From NCBI GenBank assembly GCA_964385755.1, contig CAYLPZ010000003.1:65052-129051 (forward strand): a stretch of DNA of 64,000 nucleotides. The letters are read 5' to 3'. The DNA is from an uncultured Coprobacillus sp. (GTDB lineage Bacteria > Bacillota_I > Bacilli_A > ML615J-28 > CAG-698). The notes under the pieces are model-generated. The model did no database searches, was not told where the DNA came from, and was given only the letters and a program-made list of their open reading frames with translations. This document shows positions 60,497 through 64,000 of this stretch, piece after piece; position 1 is the first letter of the stretch; each line of letters starts with the position of its first letter. The translations under genes were made by a program, and so were the position numbers.

Positions 60497-61070
60497 ATCT
60501 TGGAATTTTTGTTCTTTGTAAACTTCCGTTTTCCTATGTAAATTCTATCCACGAAACTGTGAAGAATATCGGGCGTAAGTTCTTCAATCTCCGTATATTG
60601 TTTTACAATACGAATAAACTTTGCTAATGTCTCGCCTTCGTTATCCACGACGGCGAGAATTTCTTTTAGTTCTTGTACTTTTCGGTTTAACTCGTTTTGT
60701 TCTTCTTCGTAAGACTTGGAAAGGTAGTCAAAACGCTCATCAGTTATTCTTCCGCTTACGTTATCTTCGTATAATTTGCGAATAATCTTATTGATTTTAT
60801 CGATTAAAACAAAGTTGTCTTTACCTTCTACGTAATTGGTTTCGATATATTCGTTAAGAACTTTATATTCTTTAAGGTTATCGTATTTGGATAAGTTAAA
60901 GTTGATATGAATGATATTAACGTCGAGAACGTTTTTTGTACGTAGGCTTTGAACGCTTCAAGTAGTTTAGATTTGCCCGAACGTCTTACGCCTGTCAACA
61001 CCTTAATATCGGGAGTTCCAATCCCGCCTATCATTTTTTCTAAATATTGTTTTCTTTCAATCAGTTTCAA
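60497..61070 (-). pseudogene. chimeric pseudogene: COG1373 ATPase N-terminus (~105 aa) fused to C-terminal ~90 aa of a clostridial-type large serine recombinase; frameshift at a T6/A6 tract (60933-60938)
   Basis: Frame A gives MKLIERKQYLEKMIGGIGTPDIKVLTGVRRSGKSKLLEAFKAYVQKT. The neighbouring frame continues NVLDVNIIHINF...FVLIDKINKI, which is COG1373-like, then LYEDNVSGRITDERFDYLSKSYEEEQNEL...YTEIEELTPDILHSFVDRIYI, the conserved tail of large serine recombinases. GC is elevated (~38-40 %). Confidence 0.45.
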
Positions 61071-61159
61071 AGAAAATCACCTTGCAAAACTATCATAGGA
61101 TATTCACTTCCCAAATTCAATATTTTTTCGTTTTTGGTAAGTAACTTTTTAGAAAGGTA

Positions 61160-61195
61160 AAAGAAAAATCAGACTCTATATCGAATCTGATTATT
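61160..61195 (-). terminator. intrinsic terminator after tspO
   Basis: AATCAGAC...GTCTGATT is followed by UUUUCUUUU on the minus strand. Confidence 0.45.
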
Positions 61196-61304
61196 TATTT
61201 TAACGAACCCGCTATTTGGTTAAATATTATTGTGTAATTTTTTTCTATATATTTAATGTACAATAGTTATCGTACACTCATAATCTATTATAATATTTTA
61301 ATTA

Positions 61305-61775
61305 TTAATTTAAGAAATATATTCCTATTTGTAGATAGTTTGCAAAGATGAGCCACAAGACATAAGGAATAAATAAGTAAAAACTGATTTTCTTAATTTT
61401 ATAATACCTAATAAGCAAGTAAATAGACATAGCAAGAATTGTAAGTGTCATTAAAGCACCAATTGCAATCATTTTACCATAAAAGAATACCACTGGATAG
61501 AGTAAATTTATTATTAACTGAATGTAATAAATTTTCATTTCTTGTGGTTTATTTTCTTGATCAATAAAATATGCACTTACACCTATTAATACATAAAGAA
61601 CACTCCATGCAATTATAAAAACTATATTAGGAATTTCTAATGGCTTATTTAAAGAATCTAAATAAGGCTTATAATCACCTATTAACATCTGCACAGTAAA
61701 TGCCAGCATCAATGGAATGAGAGCATGAAACAAAACACCTTTTACATTTTTAAGTTTTTCCAAAAATTTCTTCAC
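61305..61775 (-). CDS. tspO: TspO/MBR family tryptophan-rich sensory protein
   Basis: 156 aa with 5 TM helices. The W/Y-rich motifs AWSVLYVLIGVSAYF and IPYVLWLIFANYLQ are present. Confidence 0.6.
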   Translation of the reverse strand: MKKFLEKLKNVKGVLFHALIPLMLAFTVQMLIGDYKPYLDSLNKPLEIPNIVFIIAWSVLYVLIGVSAYFIDQENKPQEMKIYYIQLIINLLYPVVFFYGKMIAIGALMTLTILAMSIYLLIRYYKIKKISFYLFIPYVLWLIFANYLQIGIYFLN

Positions 61776-61823
61776 AAATATACCTCACAAAATAACATCT
61801 ATTATGTTATATGCAAGTTAAAC

Positions 61824-62363
61824 TTATTTTATGCAAAAATATTGAAATAAATATTTGTTTTTATACTTTTTATCTTTTGTTACATCTTTTATATCTAATT
61901 TAAAATCATTTCTTAAGATGCTTTCAATTATTTTTTTATCATTATCGATATTAATATCAGAAAGTTCAACCTCACAAGTTAAAAACTTTGGTTCAACATT
62001 TAAATACTCATCAAACTCAAATATATAGCTTTTATAATACTTCACATATCTATTTTTTATTATCCTACTTTCATTAGTAATTAATAAAAACTTTTGATAT
62101 TCTTCTTTAGTGATTATAGTTTCATATTCATTTCTTGAAATATCTCCGCTAGTCTTTAGTGTTAATAAGTATTTAATACTATTATTTTCTTTTGTATAAC
62201 GAATTCTATATGTATTAATATCATCACTTGTTATGTTTACCTTTGCTTCTAGTACTTGCTTTTCTATAGCATTGGGAAGAAGATATACTTGTGTTATCTC
62301 TATTTTCTTATCAAATGATGGAATATGTGATACAAGGTACTTTAGTTCTATTTCAACTGCCAT
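61824..62363 (-). CDS. CYTH-domain protein (class IV adenylate cyclase / triphosphate tunnel metalloenzyme family)
   Basis: The N-terminal EIELKY motif (ExExK) is present, on a 179-aa beta-barrel sized protein. Confidence 0.55.
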   Translation of the reverse strand: MAVEIELKYLVSHIPSFDKKIEITQVYLLPNAIEKQVLEAKVNITSDDINTYRIRYTKENNSIKYLLTLKTSGDISRNEYETIITKEEYQKFLLITNESRIIKNRYVKYYKSYIFEFDEYLNVEPKFLTCEVELSDINIDNDKKIIESILRNDFKLDIKDVTKDKKYKNKYLFQYFCIK

Positions 62364-62374
62364 TTTTATCCTTC

Positions 62375-63088
62375 TTATAATATTTTTATTTGTCCAATTT
62401 GTAATATTTTTTGATTGTCCCGACTTTCTTCAAGCCTATAGTAAATATTATGGTCTTCTCTTAATAATTTTAAAGTAGGTGTACTTTCAATAAAAGCTTG
62501 ACCTTGATATTTTATTTGCACTTCAAAAGGATGTTCATTTAAATAATCTAAATCCTTTCTGTCACATTTTAACATTAAAAGATATAAACTTTTCGCATTA
62601 TTTAAGTGAAGTGACATATCACAAAAGATTGGGTGAATAAACACACTTTCTTCATTCTCATAATCTTTTTCTTCAAAGTTAAAAATTACATCACAATTTT
62701 CTCCTTCTAATACTAAATTAAACTTATTTAACTTTTGTAGCCTATAAGTAGATTTATCTAAAATGCAACATTCAGTGACACCTTCAATTAATTTAGTATT
62801 GTCTTTTGAATAAATATCTGTTTTTATATAACACAAAGCATGAGTCATTTTCACGATCCTACAATTTACATTCACTTCTTGCGTACAATATGGTTTTGAA
62901 AGTAGTTTCACTTTATTTTTAGAAAATACCCACATTGCATTGTAATCATTTTTTAATATTATGTTACTACATTTTATTTCTTCAAATAGAATGGAAATAC
63001 AATCTTGAATTATACATAATATATTTTCGTTTGCAAATTTACTATCATATCCACAATATGATGAAGTAATATTTAATGGAAATTTCAT
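62375..63088 (-). CDS. acyl-ACP thioesterase (FatA/FatB-like hotdog tandem)
   Basis: 237 aa. The pattern AMWVFSKNKVKLLSKPYCTQEVNV...KLIEGVTECCILDKSTYRLQKL parallels bacterial acyl-ACP thioesterases. Confidence 0.45.
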   Translation of the reverse strand: MKFPLNITSSYCGYDSKFANENILCIIQDCISILFEEIKCSNIILKNDYNAMWVFSKNKVKLLSKPYCTQEVNVNCRIVKMTHALCYIKTDIYSKDNTKLIEGVTECCILDKSTYRLQKLNKFNLVLEGENCDVIFNFEEKDYENEESVFIHPIFCDMSLHLNNAKSLYLLMLKCDRKDLDYLNEHPFEVQIKYQGQAFIESTPTLKLLREDHNIYYRLEESRDNQKILQIGQIKIL

Positions 63089-63106
63089 ATTTGTTTCATT
63101 ATCTCC

Positions 63107-64000
63107 TTAATTATTAGGGTTTTGAACAACTCCTATAAATAATATACAGCCATTAGCATCTTCGATGTAATAAATAAAAGGTCTATCAAGAACGAAATTT
63201 ATAACTTCTTCAGGCCCTTCACTAGTAGCTTTATCACCAACAATAGTTACTGCAGCTGCTTTAACTCCCTCTTCACTTAAATCAATTCCAACTATTTGAT
63301 TAATTAATGCGCAATATAGATTTGTATCTGATATTTTTGATAAATCACATTTATTTACATCAAATAAACTATCTACTCCTAATGACTCCATTACAGGAAC
63401 TAAATTATGAGCATTTGTATATTTAAACTTTGGTAAAGATAAATTAACTTTTCTGTTAGTTTTGTTTAATGTTAAAACAGTATCAAGTTCTGCGTATAAA
63501 TCAGACACATTGACAAAATCTTGAGGGAGAATGAATGTAATTTTATTACCATTATAGAATCTATCTTGCATAAGCTTATATTTTTCATTTTCATAATATC
63601 TAGTATAAAGAGAATGATTCATCATATCAACTAAGATATTCTCACCATTTTCTAATGTAAAATCATGTTTTCTAGTATTTTCTTTCTTAAACTCAACTTC
63701 CCATTTATTATTAAAATAAATTGTATTAATTAATGCGAAAGAAAGACCAACTAGTTCTTTTAGATTGCTATCTTTGACATTTAGAAAATCATAAGTATTT
63801 TCATTTATCCATTTTGCAATAGCACTTAAAGTATCTAAAGTAAATGAATTAAAATGTGCTTGTGCATAATAATTATCTACAAGTATTTTTTGGTAGTCTT
63901 CTTTAACAAAAATATTAGGACTAATCCAGTATGAGTTTGCAATCTTAGCTTTACCATCTTTATTCTTATAATAATTAGTCTCATATAAAGATTTATTAAT
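63107..64000 (-). CDS. serpin (serine protease inhibitor), partial - N-terminus beyond window end
   Basis: INTIYFNNKWEVEFKKENT..DFTLENGENILVDMMN is the serpin breach/shutter region. The hinge plus reactive-centre loop read EEGVKAAAVTIVG, and the C-terminal signature is FVLDRPFIYYIEDANGCILFIGVVQNP. The frame stays open to position 64000. Confidence 0.75.
   Translation of the reverse strand: MNKSLYETNYYKNKDGKAKIANSYWISPNIFVKEDYQKILVDNYYAQAHFNSFTLDTLSAIAKWINENTYDFLNVKDSNLKELVGLSFALINTIYFNNKWEVEFKKENTRKHDFTLENGENILVDMMNHSLYTRYYENEKYKLMQDRFYNGNKITFILPQDFVNVSDLYAELDTVLTLNKTNRKVNLSLPKFKYTNAHNLVPVMESLGVDSLFDVNKCDLSKISDTNLYCALINQIVGIDLSEEGVKAAAVTIVGDKATSEGPEEVINFVLDRPFIYYIEDANGCILFIGVVQNPNN

Overview
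This window is a low-GC (about 28-30 % GC) chromosome segment of Firmicutes type, with AGGAGG-like ribosome-binding sites and most genes on the minus strand. All calls below are made by eye from the sequence and the six-frame ORF track. From left to right the window holds: (1) a partial MMPL-family transporter, a small membrane protein and a CxxCxxCC (YkgJ/FliB-like) protein. (2) A Listeria-Bacteroides-repeat/SGNH lipoprotein. (3) A livJHMGF branched-chain amino-acid ABC operon preceded by a promoter, a T-box-like leader carrying an AUC-A specifier candidate, and an intrinsic terminator. (4) An alpha/beta-hydrolase-GNAT fusion and YaaA. (5) A uracil permease preceded by a promoter, a 30-codon leader ORF and a terminator that abuts its RBS, which looks like a translation-coupled attenuator. 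(6) arcA-arcB-arcC with two unknown upstream genes. (7) trxA and a rhodanese. (8) A roughly 6.6 kb island of clearly higher GC (about 42-48 %). It carries a truncated MFS gene, two unknown proteins, iteron-like repeats with nested GC-rich hairpins, a rolling-circle HUH Rep, a large serine recombinase and a promoter/terminator-bounded ncRNA candidate. I read it as a decayed integrated rolling-circle replicon or small integrative element. (9) A scar with overlapping N-terminal fragments of a small serine recombinase and an IS1182-like transposase. (10) recC-recB-recD. (11) A PPi-dependent phosphofructokinase. (12) An Isf flavoprotein followed by two COG0523 GTPases, one of which has an extreme His/Cys-rich tandem-repeat insert. 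(13) HD, Spx/ArsC and DUF2807 proteins. (14) A defence-like islet with a BRO-N/Fic protein, a COG1373 AAA+ ATPase and an AbiEi/AbiEii pair. The AbiEii gene is frameshifted at a G6 tract, and the islet is interspersed with mosaic repeats that encode small zinc-ribbon and SHOCT-like peptides. (15) NUDIX, RlmCD, GNAT and DUF554 genes. (16) Two secreted BIG2/trypsin-fold proteins, a beta-lactamase-family protein, and a chimeric COG1373/serine-recombinase pseudogene. (17) TspO, CYTH, an acyl-ACP thioesterase and a partial serpin. No rRNA, tRNA or CRISPR array was seen.
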